From the IMG/VR virus record IMGVR_UViG_3300021399_000118, positions 32,001 through 96,000 of that record: a stretch of 64,000 bases of DNA; one strand, given 5' to 3'. The stretch comes from a virus (Duplodnaviria > Caudoviricetes). Positions 30,595 to 40,861 of the stretch are shown here, piece by piece. The notes below the pieces were generated by a model. It ran no database searches. It worked only from the letters and a program-made list of their open reading frames with translations, and was not told where the DNA came from. The first letter of the stretch is position 1, and each line of letters starts with the position of its first letter. The position numbers and the translations under genes were made by a program.

Positions 30595-33500
30595 GTGCCA
30601 ACTATGCCCATTACAGACGACAAAGGTCAGAAAAAGTTTCTTGACTCAGACGGGCTAAGTTCAATTTTAATCAAGCTTAAAACCTATATCCAGGATTCCA
30701 TCCAGACTGAGTCGGATGAGACACAGGTCAAGCTTAACAGCAAACTCAACAAACCAAACGAGGCTGGATACGAAGGCCAGGTTTTGAAAGTCGGGCAGGA
30801 TGGAAATCCTACCTGGGCGACACAGCAGTCACCTTCCGACAGTCAAGTCAGGGTGGCTGTTTATTCTTATCTGGAAAGCCATCCAACTATTCCGGCAGAA
30901 GTCGAAGACGGCTCTGTTACACAAGCCAAGCTAAGCACCGATCTTCAGCAAAAAATCGGAAACATCGCTACGCTCAGCACAAACGTCACAAATCTTCAAA
31001 CAAAAGCAGATGAGCTTGACGATGACTTAACGGCGGCCGAAGAAAGCATTACTACGCTTCAGAGCAAGGTTTCAACACTTGAAACCGGAGCTCAGACATT
31101 TACTTCTGATATCAGCGACATTCAGGACGATATTGCCGGTATTCAGGAAATCATTCCGAACTACAGCACAACCGCCCAGATGACAGCCGCAATCGAAAAC
31201 TATCTCGAGAGCGACATTGCGGACAGGTTTGATTCCGAAAAGGTCTACCTTGAAGGAGATTACGCTGTTCACGACGGCAAGCTTGTTGTCGCAAAAGAGA
31301 CTTTGTCTCCCGGAGAATGGAACGCGGAAAACTGGGAAGAGATCAAGATCGTCGATCTGATCGAGCTTCTCTCGACGGACATTCAGAACATCTCGACCGC
31401 GGCTCAGAACCATGTAAGCATTCTGCCGGAACAAGGTTTGACTTCTGAAGAAAAGACCGCAGCCCGGGCGAATATTGACGCTGCAAGCACGACGGATGTG
31501 ACAGCAGTACAAGGATCTGTCCAGGATTTACAGCAGGATTTAGAGGCGTTTGAGGACGAGGTCTCTGGTCTTATTGAACAAGGCGTTGGCCAGAGCATCC
31601 GGTACGATCAAGCTCAGACGTTGACGGACGAACAGAAGACTCAGGCCAGGGCTAATGCCGGCGCGGCCAGCTCGGCTGAAGTCGCAAACGTCCGGTCTGC
31701 AGTCGGAGACATTCAAACCCAAATTTCCCAGATGGGAGACCGGGTTACCGAAGTTGAAGCTGTTGAAGGCGGCATCCAGGTCACCTATGGAAACGGAGAC
31801 ACATCCAACATCCCGATCGAAGCGGGATCAGAACTGAACTCTGTCAGCTACGACGAAAACTACTATCTGCATTTCTACGACAAAAATGGAGATGAGTTGT
31901 ATGACGGACCGTTCTTTATTCAGGGTGGAGGCGGCGGAGGCGGCACCTCCGGCGGCATGGCAACCATTACCAGAATCACAGGAACTCCGCTGGACTGTGT
32001 GTACCAGATGCCCGCCTTGATTCGCTTTACTTTCACTGCGACAGACAGCAGCGGAGACGCGGCTGGAAACGGCGTAGGAACCTGGTCTATCGGCGGCGTA
32101 ACTGTCGCCAGGAACATTCCGATCGTACAAGGCGAGAACAGCTTTGATATTAGTCCCTATCTGAACGCAGGCGAAAACAATGTGCGGCTGAGCGTCAGTG
32201 TGGACACAGGCGGAGACACCGAAACAATCGCAAGAAAAACGTGGACAGTCAACGCTGTCAACATGCGGTTTAACTGGACTTACAACGACAGCCAAATCAA
32301 CGAGACCGACTTCCTTGACAGCTGGACGGTGTACGGCGATATCGCCAAAACGACCCATACCTCCATCGACGGAGAAGAAATCGACACGATTACCACTTCC
32401 CGATCCAACGTGACCCAGAGCATCCGGATTCCCATGCTGACGCACGGGGCGCATCAGGTTGAAAGATGGATTACCGCGACAATCGGAGAAGACGCTCAGA
32501 GCACGGAACACCAGTATCACGAGATGATCTTTGTGGAAGATGGAGACATGACGCCGATCATTGCCATCTCCATGAAGAACATCAGCATGAATCAATACGA
32601 TACGATCCGGATCCCGGTTGTGGTGTACAACCCGGCTTCCCTGCTGGCTGACGCTACGCTTTCCGTGGACGGACAGCCGGCCGGTGAATGGAGCAAGATC
32701 GACCGCTCCTTAAGATACTGGAACTACACACCATCCACTGCAGGCGATCATACACTGACGATCACCTGTGGAGAAGTATCCAGAAGCATTTCTGTTGAGG
32801 TGGAGTCCATTAATCTGGACGTTGAGGAAGTTGCCGGATATTCCTTCCGGTTTAAGTCTTCTGAGTTCGCCACCAATGAAGCAGTTCGGAACTGGACTTC
32901 CAACGGAATCAACGCCACCTTCTCCGACAACTTCAACTGGATTAACGGCGGCCTGCAAACAGAAACAGACGCAAATGGAAACCTCCAGCAGTATCTGTGC
33001 ATCAAGGCCGGGGACAGTATGACGATCAACCACAAGTTGTTTGCGACTGACCCTAAAGCCAACGGCATGACCTTCAAGATTATCTTTAAGGTTCGGAACT
33101 GCCGGAATTACGACGCACAGATCGGGCACTGCTTCTCCAATGTAGGATTGCAGATGTACGCTCACAACGCTGTCTTCAGCTCCTCCGGAATGTCGGTCAA
33201 CGTCCCCTACGGCGAAGACGAATACATCGAGCTGGAGTTCGATGTCTATCCTGCGCCGAGGCAGGAGAACGACGGAAACGTGAGATATATGATGGCCTGG
33301 ATCGACGGCGTGATTACAACCTGCCGGGTGTACGGCGAGACGGACAACTTCGTGCAGCCGGTCGCCACGCAGGAAGGAATCGTGCTTGGGTCTGAGGACT
33401 GTGATCTGTATCTCTACATGGTGAAAGCCTATCCCATGCTGGACAAGGCCAACAATTTTGACAACCACATTTCCAATTTCATCATGGATGCTCCAAACGC

Positions 33501-36500
33501 CGCGGAAATGGCGGCCCGCTACAGCCGTAATAACATTCTGGACGAAAGCGGAGACATCGACTACACAAAGCTGATGACCCAGAATCCTGACTGCCGTGTA
33601 TGGCTTTGGGATATGCCTTATATGACAATCGACAAGGACGACAAGGTCAAGAACTGTGCTTTCAACCAGTTCTGGACAAACGGCGACCGGTACTATCAAA
33701 TGAGCGGTACCGGTACGGTAAAGGTTCAGGGCACGTCTTCTGTGAAATACGTGATGGGCGCAGCCAACACCGACATGAGCTTCAAGACGCTCGAGGACGG
33801 ATACGGCAACGATCTTCTCGCGAACGCCGTTGTCAACGAAGATCTGTATGGCAACAACTACTTCCTGGCGGACGAAGAAGACCCGGAACAAGTCCGGGTA
33901 TTTACAGCGGAACAGGCCAGAACTTACGCAAAGATTGGCGCGGCTGATCCTTTAGGCCCGGAGTGGGTTGTCATCGAAAGAGATGAAAACCGCAATCCGA
34001 CCAAATACATTATGGCAATGGGTATGAAACTGAACGATGATTCCTGCCCCATTACCTATTCCAACACCAAGGTTAACTTCGCATCCTGCGAACAGGTCAA
34101 CAACATGTGCAACGCTGTGTGGTATCAGAGATACAATCCGTATCCCAGCCTGACAGCGAGAGACTGCATGGAGTTCAACATGGGCGTGCAGTTCATTAAG
34201 GACAGCGGGAATGTTCCCGACGACAACCACTTTGTGCTGTGGGGCGACAACAAGTATCACATGTACTCCATTGCCAATATGGGCACATCCAAGAAGAACG
34301 TTCACCTGTTCCACGATCTTTCGAATCCGAAGGAAGTCTGCATCGAAGTTAACGACAACGATAAAGACCAGATGCGGATGGTCAGCGATGATCTTTCCGA
34401 AGAGGACTGGAGCGGCAAGAAGTTCTTCGGGATGCGCTACCCGGACACCAAGAATCCTTCCCAGGAAGTACGGGATGCCTGGCAGCGGCTGGTTACCTGG
34501 ATGGCGACGAGCAATCCCAACGCTCATACGGACGAACAGCTTGCAGCTCCTGAAACCTACGATGTATATACCTTCAAGGGACACGACAGGCCGGGAACAC
34601 AGGTTCTTCGTGGAACGGTTGTGACGCAGTACGCGGGAACATACACCCACGATACGTTTGAACGCCGGATGGCGAAGATGCTGAGCGAGTGCGAAGACTA
34701 CATGGTGATGGACTCCTTTGTGTATCACTTTGTGTATCTCGAGCGGCACACCATGGTGGATAACGTTTCCAAGAACAACTTCTGGTCTTCGACAGACCTC
34801 CTGCATTGGGATCTGTCCAAGGCCTACGATATGGACACCTCCGACGGCAACAACAACCAGGGCCAGTTAGTGTTCGACTACGGCCTGGAGTTCGACGACG
34901 TCAATCCTACGGATCTGAAGACCGTTTTCAACGGCAGCGACAGCGTATGGTTTGTGTTTGTCGGAAACCTGTATGAAGCCTGCCGGACCATGTTTACCAA
35001 CCGGGAAGCCGCAGGAGCCTGGTCTGCCTCGGCCTACCATAACTTCCTTCTTTCTGAACAGCGGAAAGTTCCGGAAAGGTGCTGGGTGCAATGCTACTGG
35101 TACGACTATCTGAGAACCTACGAACAGAAGATCTCCTCCGAATGGATGAGCTTCCTGGACGGCGGGCAGAAGACGCACCAGCGTAATCACTACGAAACCT
35201 ACGAGGAACTTTACGATAGTTCCAAGTATCGCGGAATCGCCAGCGTGAGCCAGAACGTAAACCTGCGAGCTTACACTCCCTCTCAATGGGGCGGCGTAGT
35301 TGTCGGCAACGGACAGATTCGCGCAAAGGCATCCACGACCTCGGCTCTGGTTACAACTGTTCCTGAAGGAGAAGTTGTCTACATTACAAAGAAGGCCAAC
35401 AATACCTGGCGTGAAGTCACTTACGGAAGCTATACGGGATATATGCTGCTCAGCAATATCTCTGCGCTTGAACCCAAGGGCGAGCTGACCGTCACGATGT
35501 ACAACAAGATGTACATCAGCGTGGATGTAGGTACAACAGCTCTTCCGCCCGTCAAAGCGGAGAGAGGCGTGCCTTATGTCATCACATTTGACCAGGGCGG
35601 GCTGACCTCCAACACAGTTATTTCCATCAACACGGCTCCCATGATTCAGGCGATCAGCGGACTGGAACAGCTTTATCCTGATACCTGTGTATTCAGCGCG
35701 GCTGTGCGGTTAAGGGAACTGACACTCGGTTCCGCTGCGAAGGGATATGTGAACACCAACCTGAGAAGTCTGGCTCTGGATAATAACGTGATGCTGGAAA
35801 GGCTGTATGTGCAGAATCAACCTAACGCCAACTCTGTGTTAAATCTGAGCAACTGCCCTTCCCTTGTGTATCTGGACGCCACCGGTTCCGGATTTACCGG
35901 ATACGAGTTTGCGGACGGTGGCCTGCTTGAGACAGCCATTGTCAGCGCTCCTGTTTCCCTGAACCTCCGCAATCTGGCGAATCTGACACCCGGAAACTTC
36001 CGGATCGAGGACTATTCCAAGCTGAGTTCGCTCTGGCTGGAAAACACGCCCGGCGTGGATTCCCTGGATATGGTTACCCAGGCGATCAATCTTCAGGTTG
36101 CAAGAATTATCGGCATCGACTGGACACTTTCCAGCGACGCTACGCTGAACAACCTTCTTGATCTGCAGGGCTACGATGAGAACGGTATTACGATCGCTCA
36201 GTCGGTTCTTGCCGGCGACGCATTTGTTCCCAACGTCCGCATCCGGACGCTGAACCTTTATAACACAGCGTGGCCTGATCTTGATGTTACCTACAACAGC
36301 ATTGTTGAGCAGTACGCAGTTCACTTCGTGGACGATGAAGGCAATCCCGTTCCGGACAAACATGGAGAAGATTATGTTCAGTACATCGACAGAGGCCAGG
36401 CGGCCTACGATCCTATCGAAGCTGAAGAGATCAACACACCCGTCAAGGAAGCGGACGCTCAGTATACCTATACTTTCAGCGGTTGGACCAACCTGGATGG

Positions 36501-38241
36501 TATTGTTCTGGCGGACAAAACCGTTACAGCTCAGTTTACCTCTACAGTCCGGACCTATACGGTGCGGTGGTTCGCTCAACCTGGCGTGATGCTGAAATCC
36601 AAGGAAGTTACCTACGGAACTGAAGCGCTTTATGACGACGATGAGACGGTGTTCCCGACAAAGACGGACGAAGAAGGCGCACTTTATTACAACGTATTCT
36701 CCGGCTGGGATAAATCCACGGGATTTATTACACAGGATATCGATGTTTATGCGGTCTGGGAACGGGCTCCCCTGCCCAACCCCGGCGAGCTTGAGCTGAA
36801 CGAAATGAACGTTGCTCAGATTTCCGGCGTAGCCAAATCCTTCAATGTCAACAACTACTGGGATATTGAAGACTATGTGGACATTCCGCTTGGAAGAGAC
36901 TTCAACTTCTCCAATGTGACTTCCGAAGTGCTCGCAACAGACCTCGTTCTTACCAAGACCAATCTTGTGGACACAGGAAAGAAGCTGTTTGCTGCTGATG
37001 CTCCCTCCTTTACGCTGGCGATCGACTACGAGTTCCTCGATGAAACAACCGAAGGAACTCTCGTTGCTTGCTATGGAGCAAGCGGAGCGGAAGGTTTCCG
37101 GCTTTGCTACCGGAACGGCGCTCCGACCTTAGTCTGGGGCGACAAGAGCATTACGGTTGGCAACTATGGAATGAAGAGAGGTATGCTTGTTCTTCTCCAT
37201 ATTAAAGGCTCCAACAACCTTTTTGTTGCATCAAATAACAACCTGAATTATGACAACCTGCTTTACGCAGACAATCTGTTTACAACAGAAATTGTCCGCA
37301 CTACTTCCACCCAGACAGATGCAACACTGGTCTTTGGCGGAACTGCAAGGATTAACGGCAACATCATCTATCCGGCCGCAGGAATGATTAACTGGTGTAA
37401 AGTATGGTACGGGCATCTTGGCCTGACCGCAATTAAGCAGCTTGCCAACTGGCCCCACGAAACCATCCGGATGAAATACGTCGGGACAAACAGAGTTTAT
37501 CCATCGGATGGATCCGGCTATGCAGTCGGAGCTTCCTTTGTTTCCAACTCTCCCCTTTCCGGGCAAAGAAATATGGAACCCAACGCTCCTGGGTGGGACG
37601 GAACCAATACTTATGCCTTCCTGAACAATCGGGTTTTCAAAGCCCTTCCTTATGGATGGCAGCAGATTATCAAATCTGTAAATCTGCCCGTGCTGAAATT
37701 TAACGATAACAACACGCAGAACCAAACGCTCGTGCCGACCAAGGTTTATATGCCAGCCTATATGGAAATTGATCCGGACGCGACAAATTGGATTTCGGGC
37801 GCGTTCAGCTATGAAGGATCGACATTTGCATATATAACCAGAGAAACGGCCCGCAGAAGCCGGCTTTGGTTTGCCGGGATTACAATTCCTGAGGATGCAG
37901 AATATTACTCGACCAACGCTGATCCTTCTTCCTCTTCCGTGCTTTATAACGTCAAGGAAGGGGATATCTGGATTCATACCGGAAGCCAGAACAGAGGATA
38001 CATTTATGTCAGCGCGGCTACGGCGGCGAAGCATATGTATTTCGGCTATCAGCGGAAAAATGCAGCGGACAATATTCAGGCGGCCGATGGAGGCTTGTGG
38101 GTTTCCGCGTCCCATGTCTGGACCAGAACACATTATCAGGCCGGAAACAGTCCATACTATTATTCCGCTACTCCAACTGGTACAACCAACTTCATCTACA
38201 GCACAGATTATCTTACAACTCTTATTATGTTCTCGGTGTAA
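30595..38241 (+). CDS. Giant multidomain virion protein (2548 aa): CotH-kinase-like, SH3, LRR, B-repeats, LamG-like and C-type-lectin-like (DUF6273-like) C-terminus
   Basis: VQGTSS, VDNVSKN and YDMDTSDG kinase-like motifs; SH3b-like segment ~35300-35460; LxxLxL repeats; FSGW repeats; C-terminal VWTRT. Confidence 0.7.
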   Translation: MPTMPITDDKGQKKFLDSDGLSSILIKLKTYIQDSIQTESDETQVKLNSKLNKPNEAGYEGQVLKVGQDGNPTWATQQSPSDSQVRVAVYSYLESHPTIPAEVEDGSVTQAKLSTDLQQKIGNIATLSTNVTNLQTKADELDDDLTAAEESITTLQSKVSTLETGAQTFTSDISDIQDDIAGIQEIIPNYSTTAQMTAAIENYLESDIADRFDSEKVYLEGDYAVHDGKLVVAKETLSPGEWNAENWEEIKIVDLIELLSTDIQNISTAAQNHVSILPEQGLTSEEKTAARANIDAASTTDVTAVQGSVQDLQQDLEAFEDEVSGLIEQGVGQSIRYDQAQTLTDEQKTQARANAGAASSAEVANVRSAVGDIQTQISQMGDRVTEVEAVEGGIQVTYGNGDTSNIPIEAGSELNSVSYDENYYLHFYDKNGDELYDGPFFIQGGGGGGGTSGGMATITRITGTPLDCVYQMPALIRFTFTATDSSGDAAGNGVGTWSIGGVTVARNIPIVQGENSFDISPYLNAGENNVRLSVSVDTGGDTETIARKTWTVNAVNMRFNWTYNDSQINETDFLDSWTVYGDIAKTTHTSIDGEEIDTITTSRSNVTQSIRIPMLTHGAHQVERWITATIGEDAQSTEHQYHEMIFVEDGDMTPIIAISMKNISMNQYDTIRIPVVVYNPASLLADATLSVDGQPAGEWSKIDRSLRYWNYTPSTAGDHTLTITCGEVSRSISVEVESINLDVEEVAGYSFRFKSSEFATNEAVRNWTSNGINATFSDNFNWINGGLQTETDANGNLQQYLCIKAGDSMTINHKLFATDPKANGMTFKIIFKVRNCRNYDAQIGHCFSNVGLQMYAHNAVFSSSGMSVNVPYGEDEYIELEFDVYPAPRQENDGNVRYMMAWIDGVITTCRVYGETDNFVQPVATQEGIVLGSEDCDLYLYMVKAYPMLDKANNFDNHISNFIMDAPNAAEMAARYSRNNILDESGDIDYTKLMTQNPDCRVWLWDMPYMTIDKDDKVKNCAFNQFWTNGDRYYQMSGTGTVKVQGTSSVKYVMGAANTDMSFKTLEDGYGNDLLANAVVNEDLYGNNYFLADEEDPEQVRVFTAEQARTYAKIGAADPLGPEWVVIERDENRNPTKYIMAMGMKLNDDSCPITYSNTKVNFASCEQVNNMCNAVWYQRYNPYPSLTARDCMEFNMGVQFIKDSGNVPDDNHFVLWGDNKYHMYSIANMGTSKKNVHLFHDLSNPKEVCIEVNDNDKDQMRMVSDDLSEEDWSGKKFFGMRYPDTKNPSQEVRDAWQRLVTWMATSNPNAHTDEQLAAPETYDVYTFKGHDRPGTQVLRGTVVTQYAGTYTHDTFERRMAKMLSECEDYMVMDSFVYHFVYLERHTMVDNVSKNNFWSSTDLLHWDLSKAYDMDTSDGNNNQGQLVFDYGLEFDDVNPTDLKTVFNGSDSVWFVFVGNLYEACRTMFTNREAAGAWSASAYHNFLLSEQRKVPERCWVQCYWYDYLRTYEQKISSEWMSFLDGGQKTHQRNHYETYEELYDSSKYRGIASVSQNVNLRAYTPSQWGGVVVGNGQIRAKASTTSALVTTVPEGEVVYITKKANNTWREVTYGSYTGYMLLSNISALEPKGELTVTMYNKMYISVDVGTTALPPVKAERGVPYVITFDQGGLTSNTVISINTAPMIQAISGLEQLYPDTCVFSAAVRLRELTLGSAAKGYVNTNLRSLALDNNVMLERLYVQNQPNANSVLNLSNCPSLVYLDATGSGFTGYEFADGGLLETAIVSAPVSLNLRNLANLTPGNFRIEDYSKLSSLWLENTPGVDSLDMVTQAINLQVARIIGIDWTLSSDATLNNLLDLQGYDENGITIAQSVLAGDAFVPNVRIRTLNLYNTAWPDLDVTYNSIVEQYAVHFVDDEGNPVPDKHGEDYVQYIDRGQAAYDPIEAEEINTPVKEADAQYTYTFSGWTNLDGIVLADKTVTAQFTSTVRTYTVRWFAQPGVMLKSKEVTYGTEALYDDDETVFPTKTDEEGALYYNVFSGWDKSTGFITQDIDVYAVWERAPLPNPGELELNEMNVAQISGVAKSFNVNNYWDIEDYVDIPLGRDFNFSNVTSEVLATDLVLTKTNLVDTGKKLFAADAPSFTLAIDYEFLDETTEGTLVACYGASGAEGFRLCYRNGAPTLVWGDKSITVGNYGMKRGMLVLLHIKGSNNLFVASNNNLNYDNLLYADNLFTTEIVRTTSTQTDATLVFGGTARINGNIIYPAAGMINWCKVWYGHLGLTAIKQLANWPHETIRMKYVGTNRVYPSDGSGYAVGASFVSNSPLSGQRNMEPNAPGWDGTNTYAFLNNRVFKALPYGWQQIIKSVNLPVLKFNDNNTQNQTLVPTKVYMPAYMEIDPDATNWISGAFSYEGSTFAYITRETARRSRLWFAGITIPEDAEYYSTNADPSSSSVLYNVKEGDIWIHTGSQNRGYIYVSAATAAKHMYFGYQRKNAADNIQAADGGLWVSASHVWTRTHYQAGNSPYYYSATPTGTTNFIYSTDYLTTLIMFSV

Positions 38242-38256
38242 GGAAGGTGAAGCAGC

Positions 38257-38682
38257 ATGACATACTTTAAAGCTATTCAAAACGGCACGGTTGTCGATGT
38301 CGGCTCTGTCTTCCTGAAATGGAACGAAAAGAGAAAGAAGTTCTATATCTGCAACGTGGAAGAAGCCGAACTTGCGGAAGGCTCCAATGGGTTGTACAGA
38401 GACTACTGGCTGAAGGCTTCCGACAAGGAAGCGGAGGATGCCTCTGTAGTCGTCATTGACCGGGCAGAATACGACGAAATCCGGGCTCTTCTGGAGGACG
38501 GAGAAGAAGTCCCTGCCCCGCCGGAGACGCCTGAATTGGAGCAGATAACGCCGGCCACACCGGGCGTTATCGAGGATAAACCTTTAACGATTTCCCAAAT
38601 GCGGGAAATGATCATTTCACAGCAGGAACAGATTGAGATCCTGAAAGAAAAAATACAGGAAATGAATGACAGTTTACTTTAA
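38257..38682 (+). CDS. Hypothetical tail-associated protein
   Basis: 141 aa, RBS GGTGA, followed by a terminator. Confidence 0.65.
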   Translation: MTYFKAIQNGTVVDVGSVFLKWNEKRKKFYICNVEEAELAEGSNGLYRDYWLKASDKEAEDASVVVIDRAEYDEIRALLEDGEEVPAPPETPELEQITPATPGVIEDKPLTISQMREMIISQQEQIEILKEKIQEMNDSLL

Positions 38683-38688
38683 GGAACC

Positions 38689-38727
38689 GTCCCGGGGAGA
38701 AATCCCCGGGACTTCCCTTTTATTTTT
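38689..38727 (+). terminator. Intrinsic terminator
   Basis: GTCCCGGGGA-GAAA-TCCCCGGGAC followed by a T-rich tract. Confidence 0.7.
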
Positions 38728-38740
38728 GTGAGAAAGGAGG

Positions 38741-39370
38741 TTGATGGTTTTGCGGATTGCAATGCCAAGAGGAGATCTCAAGTGGCAGCGGTTTAAAATA
38801 TCAACCCCGGAAGGTCAACCTTCCGAGCTGGATTTTACCAACATTTACTTTACCGTGAAAAAGAGACCGACTGACAAGCAGTTTCTTATTCAAAAATCAT
38901 ATAAGCGCAAAGAGATTTACAAGCTTGGTCCGGGCGACTATCAGTTAAAGATAGACCCGGCTGACACCAATCATCTGAACGTTGGAGAATATTTCTTTGA
39001 TATTCAGATATCCTACAAAAACCTTTTAAAGGAATCTTTTGTTGGATCTTTTGTATTAAAGAACGAGATTACCTATTACGAAAACGAAGACGGCGAAGAC
39101 CCGGAGATACCGTTTAATCTTCCGGATTCTTCCGACGATACAACCATGGTTCTGGTCGTCCCGGACTACCATGAATTGGAACTGGAAACTCCCGCACCAG
39201 TAGTCATCCCTGTAGATGTTGTAGATTATGAATATCTTACAAATCTGCCTAAGATCAACGGAGTTACGCTGAAAGGAGATACCTCGTTAGAAGAGCTTGG
39301 TATTGATCCTTCCGGATCCGTTGCCTCTGAACCCCTTACGACAGAAGAACTTGACAGAATTCTCGTGTAA
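38741..39370 (+). CDS. BppU-like adaptor; shares motifs with 26829-27302
   Basis: RGD start, FTVK, IDPADT..L..G.Y..DIQ; DYEYLTNLPKINGVTLKG; C-terminal LTTEELDRIL. Confidence 0.65.
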   Translation: MMVLRIAMPRGDLKWQRFKISTPEGQPSELDFTNIYFTVKKRPTDKQFLIQKSYKRKEIYKLGPGDYQLKIDPADTNHLNVGEYFFDIQISYKNLLKESFVGSFVLKNEITYYENEDGEDPEIPFNLPDSSDDTTMVLVVPDYHELELETPAPVVIPVDVVDYEYLTNLPKINGVTLKGDTSLEELGIDPSGSVASEPLTTEELDRILV

Positions 39371-39386
39371 AAGGAGATGACAACCT

Positions 39387-40313
39387 ATGGCTTACGAGAA
39401 CATTGAAAATAAAAAGTTTCTCGACAGCGCCGGCACGGGTTACTTATGGGAGAAAATCAAGCAAAGATATGACTCCAAGCTGGACAGCGTAGTTGCTGCC
39501 GATGAATCCGTTGCCGTTACCAATAACAACAGAATTTCCGTGCAGATCAGCCCGCAGGCTGGCAATGCCCTTCAACTGATTCCTACTGGAAATGACAAGG
39601 GTCTTTATGTGTCCGCCAGCCAGAGCGCGGAAACTTATCAGATTGTCCGGGACGATAATCCCGGAGATTACGCGGCTGTGTATCACCTGCAGAAGTTCCC
39701 GAACGGATCTTCCACAGGCACCAATATGGGAGTTGACATCAACATCCCCAAGGACATGGTGGTGCAGAGCGGTGTCGTTCAGACCTATACCACATCCGGC
39801 GACTGGGGCAATCCCGGTACTTACATTGTGCTGACCCTTGCCAATGCCACCAATACCACCCTGTATATCCCGGCTGACACACTCGTCGAGTATGTTACAT
39901 CCGGATCTCAGACCGGGGATATGGTGATGATCACTATCGATCCCACCACTCACCAGGTAACGGCTTCCATTTCAGATGGAACCATTACAGAAGCGAAGCT
40001 GGACACGGTGCTGAAATCCAAACTGGCTTCGGCTGTGAGCGCTGTGCAGGTAATCAGCGAAGGTTCCACGAACGGCACAATCTCCGTTGATGGAACAGAT
40101 GTTGCGGTACATGGTCTTGGAAGCGCGGCCTATGCCAATGCCAACGCTTTCGATCCTTCCGGAGCGGCCAGTACCGTTCTGGGAACTGACACAGACACAG
40201 CCGCTACCGCTACGGTATATGGCGTCAAGAAATATGCCTCCGATGTGTACGCTTCCATTATCCCCCTGACGACAGTTGAAATCGACGCTGCGATCGCGGC
40301 TGCGAATGCGTAA
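39387..40313 (+). CDS. Tail fibre segment with N- and C-terminal docking motifs
   Basis: KKFLDSAGTGYLWEKIK; INIPKDMVV; C-terminal LTTVEIDAAI. Confidence 0.7.
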   Translation: MAYENIENKKFLDSAGTGYLWEKIKQRYDSKLDSVVAADESVAVTNNNRISVQISPQAGNALQLIPTGNDKGLYVSASQSAETYQIVRDDNPGDYAAVYHLQKFPNGSSTGTNMGVDINIPKDMVVQSGVVQTYTTSGDWGNPGTYIVLTLANATNTTLYIPADTLVEYVTSGSQTGDMVMITIDPTTHQVTASISDGTITEAKLDTVLKSKLASAVSAVQVISEGSTNGTISVDGTDVAVHGLGSAAYANANAFDPSGAASTVLGTDTDTAATATVYGVKKYASDVYASIIPLTTVEIDAAIAAANA

Positions 40314-40362
40314 GGTTGGGAGAGCTTTGCTCTTCCTCCGTCTGAATAAAGGGGGGTAATCG

Positions 40363-40845
40363 ATGCCGAACGCATATGAAACCACAACAACCAAGAAGTT
40401 TCTGGATGCGGCCGGGCTGACTTACTTCTCTACAAAGCTCAACAACTATCCTACAAATGACGTCATCGAGGCCGTCATTGAAGGAACTCAGGACGCCTTG
40501 AACGAGAAAGCAGACCGCATTCGCTACGGAAGCAAAGAGCACTGGCAATCCCAGATTTCTGAGATTCCGGCAGCCGGGGAAATCATCATTTATACCAACA
40601 AGGACACTATTCTGGACGAGGACGAAAACGAGATTCCGGTTCCGGGGATCAAGGTTGGAGATGGGATGGCTTATCTCGCTGACCTTCCTTTCCTTGGAGA
40701 CGAAGTCCTTGAAAGTATTATTGCCCGGCTCAGCAGCCACGAAAACAACACAGACATACACACAAGTCTTGCAGAAAAAACTTTCTGGAATAACAAGCTT
40801 AATCTCCAGTTATCCGGAGAAACTCTGACTTTAAATCGAAATTAA
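40363..40845 (+). CDS. Tail fibre segment (hyaluronidase/Mtd N-terminal-like domain)
   Basis: KKFLDAAGLTYF; P..GEIIIY...IKVGDG...LADLPF; H..EK..WNNK. Confidence 0.65.
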   Translation: MPNAYETTTTKKFLDAAGLTYFSTKLNNYPTNDVIEAVIEGTQDALNEKADRIRYGSKEHWQSQISEIPAAGEIIIYTNKDTILDEDENEIPVPGIKVGDGMAYLADLPFLGDEVLESIIARLSSHENNTDIHTSLAEKTFWNNKLNLQLSGETLTLNRN

Positions 40846-40861
40846 AGGACGGTGAATTAAT

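Noticed and set aside
37450-38241. Diversity-generating retroelement targeting the C-type-lectin-like C-terminus of the giant protein
   Set aside because: No reverse transcriptase ORF and no near-identical template repeat seen in this window; it could lie elsewhere in the genome
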